This document shows positions 28,508-37,594 of a stretch of 64,000 nt of DNA, one piece after another. This stretch comes from Chryseobacterium gleum (GTDB taxonomy: Bacteria > Bacteroidota > Bacteroidia > Flavobacteriales_D > Crocinitomicaceae), in NCBI GenBank assembly GCA_945897755.1, contig CAMDGH010000002.1:1767-65766 (forward strand). The letters are read 5' to 3'. Position numbers and translations under genes: made by a program. The notes beneath the pieces are model-generated. The model was not told where the DNA came from and searched no databases. It worked only from the letters and a program-made list of their open reading frames with translations. The first letter of the stretch is position 1, and each line of letters starts with the position of its first letter.

Positions 28508-30304
28508 TTAGTCATTCAGTTTCAACACAGCCAAGAAAGCCTCTTGAGGCACTTCTACACGACCAATTTGGCGCATTCGTTTTTTACCTTCTTTTTGTTT
28601 TTCTAGTAATTTTCGTTTACGAGAAATGTCGCCTCCATAACATTTAGCCGTAACATCTTTACGAAGGGCTTTGATGGTTTCACGTGCAATAATTTTAGCT
28701 CCAATGGCTGCTTGAATTGGAATTTCAAATTGTTGTCGTGGAATTAATTCCTTCAATTTAACACATATTTTCTTTCCTAAATCATAAGCATTGGATCTAT
28801 GAACCAGTGCAGACAAAGCATCAATTGGCTCCGAATTTAGCATAATTTCCAATCGAATCAAATCGGATTGTCTGTATCCAATACGATGGTAATCAAAGGA
28901 AGCATATCCTCGAGAAATCGATTTAAGTCGATCATAGAAATCAAATACAATTTCTGCCAAAGGCATTTCAAAGGATAGTTCTACGCGATCTTGTGTTAAA
29001 TAAACTTGATTTTTCAATTCCCCTCTTTTTTCGATACAAAGGCCCATAACCTGACCTGTATAATCAGACTTTGTGATTACTTGAGCTTTTATATAAGGTT
29101 CTTCAATACTTGACATCGAAGATGGATCTGGAAGTTCAGATGGATTATTAACAATAATTGCTTTAGTAGGATCTTTTGTCAAATAGGTAAAATAGGAAAC
29201 GTTAGGGACAGTCGTAATAACTGTCATGTTAAACTCACGTTCCAATCGTTCTTGTATAATTTCCATGTGTAGCATACCCAAAAATCCACAACGAAATCCA
29301 AATCCAAGTGCAGCAGAAGACTCTGGTTCAAAAACCAACGATGAGTCATTTAATTGCAATTTCTCCATTGAGTAACGGAGTTCTTCATAATCATCGGTAT
29401 CTACAGGATATATCCCTGCAAAGACCATCGGTTTTACATCTTCAAATCCTTTAATGGAAGTTAAACAAGGATTAGCAGCAGTAGTTATTGTATCACCAAC
29501 CTTTACTTCATTTGCCTGTTTTATCCCTGAAATAATATATCCGACATCACCCGCTTTGACCTCATTTTTCGGGACTAAATCCATTTTTAAAATTCCAATT
29601 TCATCCGCATGATAGGTTTTTCCCGTATTAAAAAACTTAATCTTATCCCCTTTTTTGAGTGTCCCATTTTTAATTCGATAATAAGCAATAATTCCTCTAA
29701 ATGGATTAAAAACGGAATCAAAAATCATAGCTTGTAAAGGCGCTGATTCATCCCCTTGAGGTGGTTTGATACGTTCAATAACCGCTTTCAAAATTGCATC
29801 TACTCCTAATCCTGTTTTACCAGAAGCCTGAATTATATCTTCTAAATCACAGCCAATTAATTCCATAATTTGATCACTAACTTCTTCTGGCATAGCACCA
29901 GGAAGATCCATTTTATTTAAAATTGGAATGATTTCTAAATCGTGTTCTAAAGCCAAATATAAATTTGAAATTGTTTGGGCTTCAATACCTTGAGAAGCAT
30001 CTACGATTAATAAAGCTCCCTCACAAGCCGCGATAGAACGAGACACCTCGTAAGAAAAATCAACATGTCCAGGAGTATCTATCAAATTTAAAATATACTC
30101 AAAGCCTTCAAACTTATAATTCATTTGAATTGCATGGCTTTTTATGGTGATTCCCCGTTCGCGCTCAATATCCATATCATCTAATGCCTGATGCTGCATA
30201 TCTCGATCTGAAATAGTACCTGTAGTCTGAAGTAAGCGATCTGCCAAGGTGCTTTTTCCGTGGTCAATGTGGGCGATGATACAAAAATTGCGGATGTTTT
30301 TCAT
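28508..30304 (-). CDS. lepA: translation elongation factor 4
   Basis: 598 aa with [22 protein letters not shown], the DTPGHVDF GTPase motif and the LepA-specific C-terminal domain. Confidence 0.97.
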   Translation of the reverse strand: MKNIRNFCIIAHIDHGKSTLADRLLQTTGTISDRDMQHQALDDMDIERERGITIKSHAIQMNYKFEGFEYILNLIDTPGHVDFSYEVSRSIAACEGALLIVDASQGIEAQTISNLYLALEHDLEIIPILNKMDLPGAMPEEVSDQIMELIGCDLEDIIQASGKTGLGVDAILKAVIERIKPPQGDESAPLQAMIFDSVFNPFRGIIAYYRIKNGTLKKGDKIKFFNTGKTYHADEIGILKMDLVPKNEVKAGDVGYIISGIKQANEVKVGDTITTAANPCLTSIKGFEDVKPMVFAGIYPVDTDDYEELRYSMEKLQLNDSSLVFEPESSAALGFGFRCGFLGMLHMEIIQERLEREFNMTVITTVPNVSYFTYLTKDPTKAIIVNNPSELPDPSSMSSIEEPYIKAQVITKSDYTGQVMGLCIEKRGELKNQVYLTQDRVELSFEMPLAEIVFDFYDRLKSISRGYASFDYHRIGYRQSDLIRLEIMLNSEPIDALSALVHRSNAYDLGKKICVKLKELIPRQQFEIPIQAAIGAKIIARETIKALRKDVTAKCYGGDISRKRKLLEKQKEGKKRMRQIGRVEVPQEAFLAVLKLND

Positions 30305-30429
30305 AGTATAGAAATTGAATTTTCAATGTTAAGCAAAAATAAAGAAAAAAGGCGTGATTAACTATTATTAACTAGTTAACTATTCGAGTAGCTTGATAAT
30401 GAAAGATAAGGGATTATGTAATTAAAAAA

Positions 30430-31308
30430 CTAATTTCTCATATCCATTCCCCAGGACATTTTAGTTCGAATTGTATCTAGGAAAGTAGAATCCTCAAACT
30501 TCATCACATTAATCATAAACTCAGCTTTTCGAATGCTAATTTCAGAATCATGAGAAATATTTTTCGTGTTTGAATCCAGACTAATAAGGTATTTTCTTTC
30601 CCTACCTTCAACGGAAAGTGAAATAGGCATAAGATCTGGCACAACCATTGGACGCACATTTAAATTATGCGGTGCAATAGGAGTTAAAATATGAACTTGG
30701 CAACCAGGAGTAACTATTGGTCCACCACAACTTAAGTTATAAGCCGTAGAGCCTGTTGGAGTTGCAACAATTAATCCATCAGCCCAATACGAATTTAGAT
30801 AATTACCATCTAAACTTGCATGAACAGTAATCATTGAAGAAGTATCTTTTTTATGAAGAGTAACCTCATTCAATGCTAAATTGTCATCGCCAAACAACTC
30901 ATCTTCTGTAAAAACGCGAAGTAAGGAACGTTTCTGAAATTGATACTTTTTAAGCTTAACGTTGTCTAGCATGAGCTCAATCTGTTCAGGATTAATATTA
31001 GCTAAAAAACCAAGTCTACCGGTATTAACACCTACAATTGGAACACCACTATCACGAATATAGCCAACTGTTTTTATGAATGTACCATCACCACCAACGC
31101 TTAAAGCAAGATCAATACCTGTTTTAAAATCAGAATAAGAAGAAAAGTGTTCAAAATCTGAAACAACACACCCTTTCTTATGAAGTTGATCTTTCAATTC
31201 AATTTCTAAGATGGGCTTTGCTCCAATTTGTCTCAGAGCTAAAAAAAGACGATCAAAAACTGGAATATTTTGGCGGGTTATTTTCCTTCCATAAATCGCT
31301 ACATTCAT
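30430..31308 (-). CDS. nadK: NAD+ kinase
   Basis: 292 aa with GGDGTF, NTGRLGFL and TPTGSTAYNLSCGGPI motifs. Confidence 0.93.
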   Translation of the reverse strand: MNVAIYGRKITRQNIPVFDRLFLALRQIGAKPILEIELKDQLHKKGCVVSDFEHFSSYSDFKTGIDLALSVGGDGTFIKTVGYIRDSGVPIVGVNTGRLGFLANINPEQIELMLDNVKLKKYQFQKRSLLRVFTEDELFGDDNLALNEVTLHKKDTSSMITVHASLDGNYLNSYWADGLIVATPTGSTAYNLSCGGPIVTPGCQVHILTPIAPHNLNVRPMVVPDLMPISLSVEGRERKYLISLDSNTKNISHDSEISIRKAEFMINVMKFEDSTFLDTIRTKMSWGMDMRN

Positions 31309-31319
31309 AACATTAAAAA

Positions 31320-31982
31320 TTACATCTTTAGATAATTGATAAGCGAATCATAACGCAGTTGGAGATCATCATTAAAATCAGATTTTTGATAGGATGCACT
31401 AATTACATAATCATATCGTTCAAAAGTTCTGATAATTGGATCTAATTCTGTCTTATTAATTTTGAGCGTTACTTCAATTTTAGTAGAATCAGGAGTAGAC
31501 ATTACATAAGAACTTAAGATACGCGCATTATTACTTTCAACAATTTGTGCGATTTGAGCCAACGAATAATCGATTTGATTAATCTCTAGAACTAAAATCG
31601 CACCACTTTCTTTAATGCCTCCAGTAGTGGCAATTGTGCTTACCACTTGATGAACAGAAGTACATCCTAAATAAATCTCGTCTTTCGTTAGCACAGGCAC
31701 AACTGAAATCCGATGTTCCGATATTTTGTGAAGCACTTCATAAATATGATCATTTTCAAATACGTATGGGCGTGGTAAATGATCAAACAATACATCCAAA
31801 GTTTGATCCAAGTCCATACGATCTAAAATATCTGATTCAGATATTAAACCGACAAAATTTCCATTTTTTAGCACAGGCAAATGAGAAACCTTAAATTCAT
31901 CCATCCAACGCAAGCCTATTTCACCGGTATCGGTGTGTGTAAGCGTGGGAATATCTTCTGTTATTAAATCTTTAGCTACCAT
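31320..31982 (-). CDS. CBS domain-containing protein
   Basis: 220 aa with a tandem CBS pair (HLPVLKNGNFVGLISESDIL / VVPVLTKDEIYLGC) followed by an ACT-like C-terminus. 11 nt upstream of nadK. Confidence 0.7.
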   Translation of the reverse strand: MVAKDLITEDIPTLTHTDTGEIGLRWMDEFKVSHLPVLKNGNFVGLISESDILDRMDLDQTLDVLFDHLPRPYVFENDHIYEVLHKISEHRISVVPVLTKDEIYLGCTSVHQVVSTIATTGGIKESGAILVLEINQIDYSLAQIAQIVESNNARILSSYVMSTPDSTKIEVTLKINKTELDPIIRTFERYDYVISASYQKSDFNDDLQLRYDSLINYLKM

Positions 31983-32169
31983 GATAGTGCCAAATTACAA
32001 AAAAGAATTGGTAAAGTAAAAATCCAAGATAATTAAAGTTAGGAAATGTAGCTGTTAATTGATTAATAATAAGTTATTTAATAAAAAATTATTTCTGAAA
32101 ATAATTGTTAAAAAAAGTAAAAAATAAAAAGCGAATGTAAATTATTCGTGTAATACTAATGCAATTACG

Positions 32170-32177
32170 TAATTTTG
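32170..32177 (+). promoter_or_regulatory. candidate -7 promoter box (TAnnTTTG), only 4 nt from the ATG
   Basis: TAATTTTG ends 4 nt before the ATG at 32182, which implies a leaderless or near-leaderless transcript. Confidence 0.35.
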
Positions 32178-32181
32178 AAAT

Positions 32182-32538
32182 ATGGATCACGATATAGAGT
32201 TACAATTCCAACAACTAACAAAAAAAATAGAACTTGTATTTGGAGAAGATTTAGACGTACAAGCAATTTTATTTCTAATTGGAGTTCAAGAACTAGGTTT
32301 AGGTTATAAACAATTTACGAAGCAAGAAAAAACGGATTTATTACACATTGCAGTTTGCACTATCCTAAGTCCACATGGCTACTACACTTTTGATGGAAGG
32401 GATATTGAAAATTGGCCACATTTTATCTTAAATAAAGAACTGCCATTACTTAGTGATCGAGATCAACAACATCTTATAAAAGAGGCTTTACTTGATTACT
32501 TTAAATTACATGATCATTTTACTCTTAATTCACACTAA
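32182..32538 (+). CDS. hypothetical protein
   Basis: 118 aa soluble ORF, 21 nt upstream of rseP on the same strand. No motif recognised. Confidence 0.55.
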   Translation: MDHDIELQFQQLTKKIELVFGEDLDVQAILFLIGVQELGLGYKQFTKQEKTDLLHIAVCTILSPHGYYTFDGRDIENWPHFILNKELPLLSDRDQQHLIKEALLDYFKLHDHFTLNSH

Positions 32539-32559
32539 TTTTATCTTTAAAAAAGCATT

Positions 32560-33891
32560 ATGGACATTTTAATCAAAGTGAGTCAATTTATTTTATCTCT
32601 ATCCTTATTAATCGTATTACACGAATTGGGACATTTTATACCTGCAAAATTATTTAAAACAAAAATTGAAAAATTTTATTTGTTTTTCGATCTGAAATTC
32701 AGTCTGTTTAAAAAGAAAATTGGAGATACAGAATGGGGAATAGGTTGGTTACCTTTAGGTGGTTATGTGAAAATAGCAGGAATGGTAGATGAGTCTATGG
32801 ATACAGAACAGCTGAAACAACCAGCTCAACCATGGGAATTTAGATCAAAGCCAACATGGCAACGTTTAATAATCATGTTAGGGGGAGTAACAGTAAACAT
32901 TATCGTAGGATTTGCTATTTACATTGGAATCGCATACTACTATGGGGAAGAACGAATTGACCCTTCAAAGTTGAAAGCTGGAATGGCATTCCACCCCTAT
33001 TTAGCAAAATACGGTTTAACATCTGGTGATAATATTTTATCCGTTGAAGGAGAAAAAGTAAAAAATGCGACTGATTTAACTTCTCAAGTACTTTTACAAG
33101 GGGCTAAAAAATTAAAAGTAAAACATACTTCAGGAAAAGTAGAAAACATTATTTTACCTGATGACATAGAGTACGCTCTATTTGAGAAAGGGGCATTACC
33201 ACTATCCAATTTTAGGACAATTTCGAATACCATTGACTCAATCATTCCAAAATCAAACGCTGAAAAAGCAAACCTTAAAAAAGATGACCAATTTTTAAGT
33301 ATAAACAATAAAAATGTTATTTACTTCGATGAAATTCAACGAGCACTTTATGAAAATAAGGGCAAGAAAGTTTCAATTACGCTATTGAGAGCAAAAGACA
33401 CACTTAAAATAGATGCCAATGTTACAGATGAAGGAACATTAGGTTATCAAGCAGGAATGTCCAGTATATTAGACTCAGCTCAAATAAAGACCTACCTCCC
33501 TTCTTTTACTGAAAGTATTTCGCTCGGAATTGAAAATGGAAATAATACCCTTATAAATTATGTCGGTCAATTAAAATTTCTCTTTACTAAAAAAGGAGCT
33601 AGTTCACTCGGTGGATTCGTTTCTATCGGAAAGCTTTTCCCTCCAATGTGGGATTGGAGAATATTTTGGGCAACCACAGCATTCATTTCAATTGCATTAG
33701 CTTTTATGAATATATTACCCATACCTGCATTAGATGGTGGACATGTCTTATTTCTACTTTATGAAATTATTACCGGCAAAGAAGCGCCACAAAAGGTGCT
33801 TGAATATGCCCAATATGTTGGAATCGCATTTTTGTTAGGCTTAATGATTTATGCAAATGGAAATGATGTTTACAGACTCATTTTTCAGTAA
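32560..33891 (+). CDS. rseP: RIP site-2 metalloprotease RseP
   Basis: 443 aa with HELGHF zinc motif in the first TM helix, PDZ-like middle region and C-terminal NILPIPALDGGH motif. Confidence 0.93.
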   Translation: MDILIKVSQFILSLSLLIVLHELGHFIPAKLFKTKIEKFYLFFDLKFSLFKKKIGDTEWGIGWLPLGGYVKIAGMVDESMDTEQLKQPAQPWEFRSKPTWQRLIIMLGGVTVNIIVGFAIYIGIAYYYGEERIDPSKLKAGMAFHPYLAKYGLTSGDNILSVEGEKVKNATDLTSQVLLQGAKKLKVKHTSGKVENIILPDDIEYALFEKGALPLSNFRTISNTIDSIIPKSNAEKANLKKDDQFLSINNKNVIYFDEIQRALYENKGKKVSITLLRAKDTLKIDANVTDEGTLGYQAGMSSILDSAQIKTYLPSFTESISLGIENGNNTLINYVGQLKFLFTKKGASSLGGFVSIGKLFPPMWDWRIFWATTAFISIALAFMNILPIPALDGGHVLFLLYEIITGKEAPQKVLEYAQYVGIAFLLGLMIYANGNDVYRLIFQ

Positions 33892-34012
33892 TTATTTGAT
33901 ACTGAATAAAAAATAGCAAATACACTATATACTAATCTATTACATATTGAATATTTTAAAAGAAATCACATCTTAATAGTTGAAATAGGGTGTGATTCTA
34001 AATAAAATAGTT

Positions 34013-34020
34013 TAAATTTG
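34013..34020 (+). promoter_or_regulatory. candidate -7 promoter box (TAnnTTTG) for the HTH gene
   Basis: TAAATTTG lies 30 nt upstream of ATG 34051 and overlaps the track's TTG start at 34018, which argues for the ATG start. Confidence 0.35.
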
Positions 34021-34050
34021 CTTATAACTAACTTGAAAATAGATAAACCA

Positions 34051-34308
34051 ATGAAACCGGATAAAATAATTAAAAGAAAATTAAAAGAAATGACATTTGA
34101 AGAAATGACATTTGAGCAAAAAGTAATTGCAACATTTCGTCTATTAAGAAAATCAAAAAAAATAACTTTAGACAAAATATATAAAGATACTGGTATTCAT
34201 TTAGCTAGAATCGAAAGTAACAATTATAATATAACTCTTAGTACCTTAAATAAATTATGTAACTTCATTGAAGTTGATACCATTGAGTTCTTGAAGACAT
34301 TAAAATAA
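34051..34308 (+). CDS. small XRE-family helix-turn-helix transcriptional regulator
   Basis: 85 aa from ATG 34051. Matches the Cro/C1-type HTH pattern (LRKSKKITLDKIYKDTGIHLARIESNNYNITLSTLNKLCNFIEVD). Contains an in-frame 15-bp tandem duplication. Confidence 0.65.
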   Translation: MKPDKIIKRKLKEMTFEEMTFEQKVIATFRLLRKSKKITLDKIYKDTGIHLARIESNNYNITLSTLNKLCNFIEVDTIEFLKTLK

Positions 34309-34326
34309 TTTAACATTAAATAAAAA

Positions 34327-34357
34327 AATCCATGGTTATCGCCATGGATTTTTTTTA
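34327..34357 (+). terminator. rho-independent terminator after the HTH gene
   Basis: AATCCATGG-TTATCG-CCATGGATT hairpin followed by a T-run. Confidence 0.75.
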
Positions 34358-34384
34358 TTTTGTATGATTCATCAAACTTCTTTA

Positions 34385-34392
34385 TACATTTG
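34385..34392 (+). promoter_or_regulatory. candidate -7 promoter box (TAnnTTTG) for kynA
   Basis: TACATTTG lies 19 nt upstream of ATG 34412. Confidence 0.4.
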
Positions 34393-34411
34393 ATGTGACA
34401 AATAAACACTT

Positions 34412-35365
34412 ATGGAAATTACACCAGAAATAAAAGAAAAATTAGACAAAATTCATGCTAAATATGCTGCTATTGGAGAAGATTTTAATGCATATTTAGA
34501 AGGATTAATCTATGCAGATTCAGTTACCTATTGGGATTATATAGAAGTTGACACCTTATTGAGTTTGCAAAAACCTAGGACAAAATTTCCCGATGAGGTG
34601 GTATTTATAATGTATCACCAAATTACGGAATTGTACTTCAAATTAACGTTACGGGAATTTGACCAAATTTCAGAAAAAGAAGTGATTACAAAAAAATATT
34701 TTATAGACCGGGTAACTCGAATCAATCGCTATTTCCATGCCTTAACAACCAGTTTTGAAATTATGATTGATGGTATGGAGAGAGAACAATTCTTAAAATT
34801 TAGAATGTCTTTATTACCTGCTAGTGGTTTCCAATCTGCTCAATACCGAGAAATAGAAATCTCATCTACTGATTTTTTACGATTAGTACATAAAGATCAA
34901 CGTTCAAAATTTAAAGGTTCAGAGTCAATATCCACATTATTTGAACATATTTATTGGAAAGAAGGTGCTACTGAAGTAGCTTCAGGTAAAAAAACACTCA
35001 CATTAATCGAATTCGAAGAACGCTATAGAGATCAATTTATTAAGTTAGGAGAAAAAAAACGAAACTCAAATTTATGGCAATGTTACTTGCGCTTATCGAC
35101 TGAAGAACAAAACGATAAGGATGTCATTAATGTTCTGAAACAAAACGACATCAACGTGAATGTTAACTGGCCCTTAGCCCATTACAAGTCTGCTGTACGC
35201 TATTTGCAAAAGCCAGATGAAGATATTGCTGCTACTGGTGGAACAAACTGGCAAAAATACCTCCCACCTCGTTTCCAAAAAAGAATTTTTTATCCTAATT
35301 TATGGACTGAAAAAGAACAGGAAGAATGGGGTAAATCATGGGTACATGATCTATTAGGGAAATAA
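34412..35365 (+). CDS. kynA: tryptophan 2,3-dioxygenase family protein
   Basis: 317 aa with YWDYIEVDTLLSLQKP, MYHQITELYFKL and SGFQSAQYREIE motifs of bacterial TDO. Confidence 0.75.
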   Translation: MEITPEIKEKLDKIHAKYAAIGEDFNAYLEGLIYADSVTYWDYIEVDTLLSLQKPRTKFPDEVVFIMYHQITELYFKLTLREFDQISEKEVITKKYFIDRVTRINRYFHALTTSFEIMIDGMEREQFLKFRMSLLPASGFQSAQYREIEISSTDFLRLVHKDQRSKFKGSESISTLFEHIYWKEGATEVASGKKTLTLIEFEERYRDQFIKLGEKKRNSNLWQCYLRLSTEEQNDKDVINVLKQNDINVNVNWPLAHYKSAVRYLQKPDEDIAATGGTNWQKYLPPRFQKRIFYPNLWTEKEQEEWGKSWVHDLLGK

Positions 35366-35366
35366 A

Positions 35367-35407
35367 AAACAGCAAAAAAGACGTTTTAAACGTCTTTTTT
35401 GCTGTTT
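35367..35407. terminator. bidirectional terminator, long perfect palindrome
   Basis: AAACAGCAAAAAAGACG-loop-CGTCTTTTTTGCTGTTT sits between convergent kynA and the ABC ATPase gene. Confidence 0.8.
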
Positions 35408-35428
35408 AAGAAATAAATAAAAAGGAAT

Positions 35429-36121
35429 TTAATAAACGTTAAAATAACCCTCTAAGACTTTTAATGTGTCTAAATTTGTTTCCATATCTTGAATAATGAT
35501 TCCTTTTTCAATAAGGACAATGCGATTACTTATTTCAGTAATATGCTGTAAATCATGGCTTGATATAAGCATGGTGACACCTTTCAAAGAAAGTGTATTT
35601 AGTTTTCGCTTTAACCAAGACTGAGAACTAGGATCAAGAAAAGAAAATGGTTCATCAAAAAGAATCAGAGATGGATTTCCAATAAAAGCACCGATTATGC
35701 CAATTTTATTGCGATTACCTGCTGACAAGTCCCGAATTAAAGTTTTCTTTTTATCAGAGAAATTGAAAAAATCGCTAAATTCAAGAAGTACCTCCTCTAT
35801 ATCTTTTTTATTCATCCCATGAAGTTTACCAATAAACTCAATGTATTCTATCGGAGTTAGATAAGGAATCAAAAAACGTTCGTTTAAAAACGAACCCGTA
35901 TGATTCTTCCAATCTTCTGATAAAGAAACATTGGTTGTATTTATAGCAATACTTCCTTTACTTGGTTCTAACAGATCCAGCACTAATTGTAACAAAGTAG
36001 ATTTTCCTGCACCATTATTACCAACCAAACCAACATTTTGACCTTTAATTATATTTAAATGAGGTATGTCTAAAACAACCGTATTATCATATTCTTTTTG
36101 AAGTTCTTTAACTATTATCAT
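35429..36121 (-). CDS. ABC transporter ATP-binding protein
   Basis: 230 aa with Walker A GNNGAGKST, degenerate signature LSAGNRNK, Walker B LILFDEP and an H-loop SSHD. Confidence 0.9.
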   Translation of the reverse strand: MIIVKELQKEYDNTVVLDIPHLNIIKGQNVGLVGNNGAGKSTLLQLVLDLLEPSKGSIAINTTNVSLSEDWKNHTGSFLNERFLIPYLTPIEYIEFIGKLHGMNKKDIEEVLLEFSDFFNFSDKKKTLIRDLSAGNRNKIGIIGAFIGNPSLILFDEPFSFLDPSSQSWLKRKLNTLSLKGVTMLISSHDLQHITEISNRIVLIEKGIIIQDMETNLDTLKVLEGYFNVY

Positions 36122-36133
36122 TGGCTAACTTAT

Positions 36134-37591
36134 TTAAGTTCTAAAACCGGAAGACATTTTATATTTATTTTCATTAAATTTTAAAGCAATAGATTTTAAC
36201 CACCATTTGGAAGAAACAACTCCAATAAAACCGAGGAAAGCTAATACATAAAAAGAGATATCAATAACGCCAAATAAATCAAATGCTTTTATTAGCAAGA
36301 GCGGAAAAAAAGTAATCAGTAGAGGCAAAAAGTTAATAAACTTAAAGCGAGATATCGACTTAAATGATGAATTATTTACAATATGAAACGGTGAGTAACG
36401 ATAACAGGCAATAATCAATACCAAAAATGGAATATATCCCATAGAAAAAAACAATAATGAAAAATTAATTAATGGTATTTTAGGATTCAAAAACCCAATT
36501 GGCAAAATGAGTAAATAATTAATAATCATTGAAAGTAGTAGCAAAAGGTATTTAGATCGAATAAATTCATACATAGATAATCGTTTCGACAACAGGCCAT
36601 CGAAATAAGAAGCATGGCCTGAAAAGATAATATTCCCATACATTAGTGTAAAATTACAAATAGAAAAAATACCAAAAAAAAGGATTTTAGAATCTAAATA
36701 ATTCAACCCATCATAACTTGTAAATAGCATAAAATAGTAATATGAAGGCATCGTAATGAACGACATTAGAATTCCACGAATTCCTTTATTACGGATTAAA
36801 AATAACACATCTAAATACACATAACTGCCAAATCGTTTTAGAAAATTAAATTGTTTAACATTTTTAATTTCCTCAGTTACATATTCACTATATTTTTGAC
36901 TTTTTAGAAAGCGTAGACAAAATTTAAAAGAACCAAACGCAATTAAAGGCATAACAGGCAGTAAATAATAATGATGTTCTGTTTGCTTGATAAACCAATA
37001 TATCGCTTGTGAATAAGAAATAAACCCTGTGTTTTCAGCATAGAAAAAAATAATAATAAATAAAAAAAGTAAATACCCAAAAAATTTGTTTTTGATAGAA
37101 TAAAGCTTGAAAAAAGTGCTTAAAAAAGATAAGGTTAATAAAGAACACCCAATCCATAATACCCATATAAAAGATAAATATATTGAGCTTGAAGGTAAAA
37201 CTACCGTGATAATAAAAGGAGTTAAAATCAACATTCCTATACCGTTATAAATGCTGATTAGATTTGCAAAAAGAGGGAATTTATATAGGTTTTTCCTAGG
37301 AATTGGAAGTGAAAAATAAGGAATACTGTGTAGTAAATTAAGTTCATGAAACTTAAATCGAAAAATAAAATCAATGATAAAATAATAAAAAAGAAATTTT
37401 CCAAATGACTCAAAAATATCAATGTTCGGATAAATATCATTTAGTAAACGATCTAAAAAATAGCCTGCAAAACCAAAAAAAATGGTGCAATAAAGATAAA
37501 CTAAACATTTTAAAGCAATATAAAACCAAGATTTACCGTAATAAAAAGCACGTATTTTATCTTTAAAATAATGAAAAAAAAGTATTCTCAT
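36134..37591 (-). CDS. large polytopic membrane protein, putative non-canonical permease partner of the ABC ATPase (DUF5687-like)
   Basis: 485 aa with about 12 hydrophobic helices and no recognisable catalytic motif. Gaps of 12 nt to the ATPase gene and 3 nt to the M16 peptidase gene. Confidence 0.6.
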   Translation of the reverse strand: MRILFFHYFKDKIRAFYYGKSWFYIALKCLVYLYCTIFFGFAGYFLDRLLNDIYPNIDIFESFGKFLFYYFIIDFIFRFKFHELNLLHSIPYFSLPIPRKNLYKFPLFANLISIYNGIGMLILTPFIITVVLPSSSIYLSFIWVLWIGCSLLTLSFLSTFFKLYSIKNKFFGYLLFLFIIIFFYAENTGFISYSQAIYWFIKQTEHHYYLLPVMPLIAFGSFKFCLRFLKSQKYSEYVTEEIKNVKQFNFLKRFGSYVYLDVLFLIRNKGIRGILMSFITMPSYYYFMLFTSYDGLNYLDSKILFFGIFSICNFTLMYGNIIFSGHASYFDGLLSKRLSMYEFIRSKYLLLLLSMIINYLLILPIGFLNPKIPLINFSLLFFSMGYIPFLVLIIACYRYSPFHIVNNSSFKSISRFKFINFLPLLITFFPLLLIKAFDLFGVIDISFYVLAFLGFIGVVSSKWWLKSIALKFNENKYKMSSGFRT

Positions 37592-37594
37592 AAA

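Noticed and set aside
30358-30383. Three TTAACTA(T/G) repeats including the 12-bp palindrome TTAACTAGTTAA upstream of lepA
   Set aside because: Short, AT-rich, and occurs only once in the window. It could easily arise by chance in this composition and cannot be supported as a regulatory site without comparative data.
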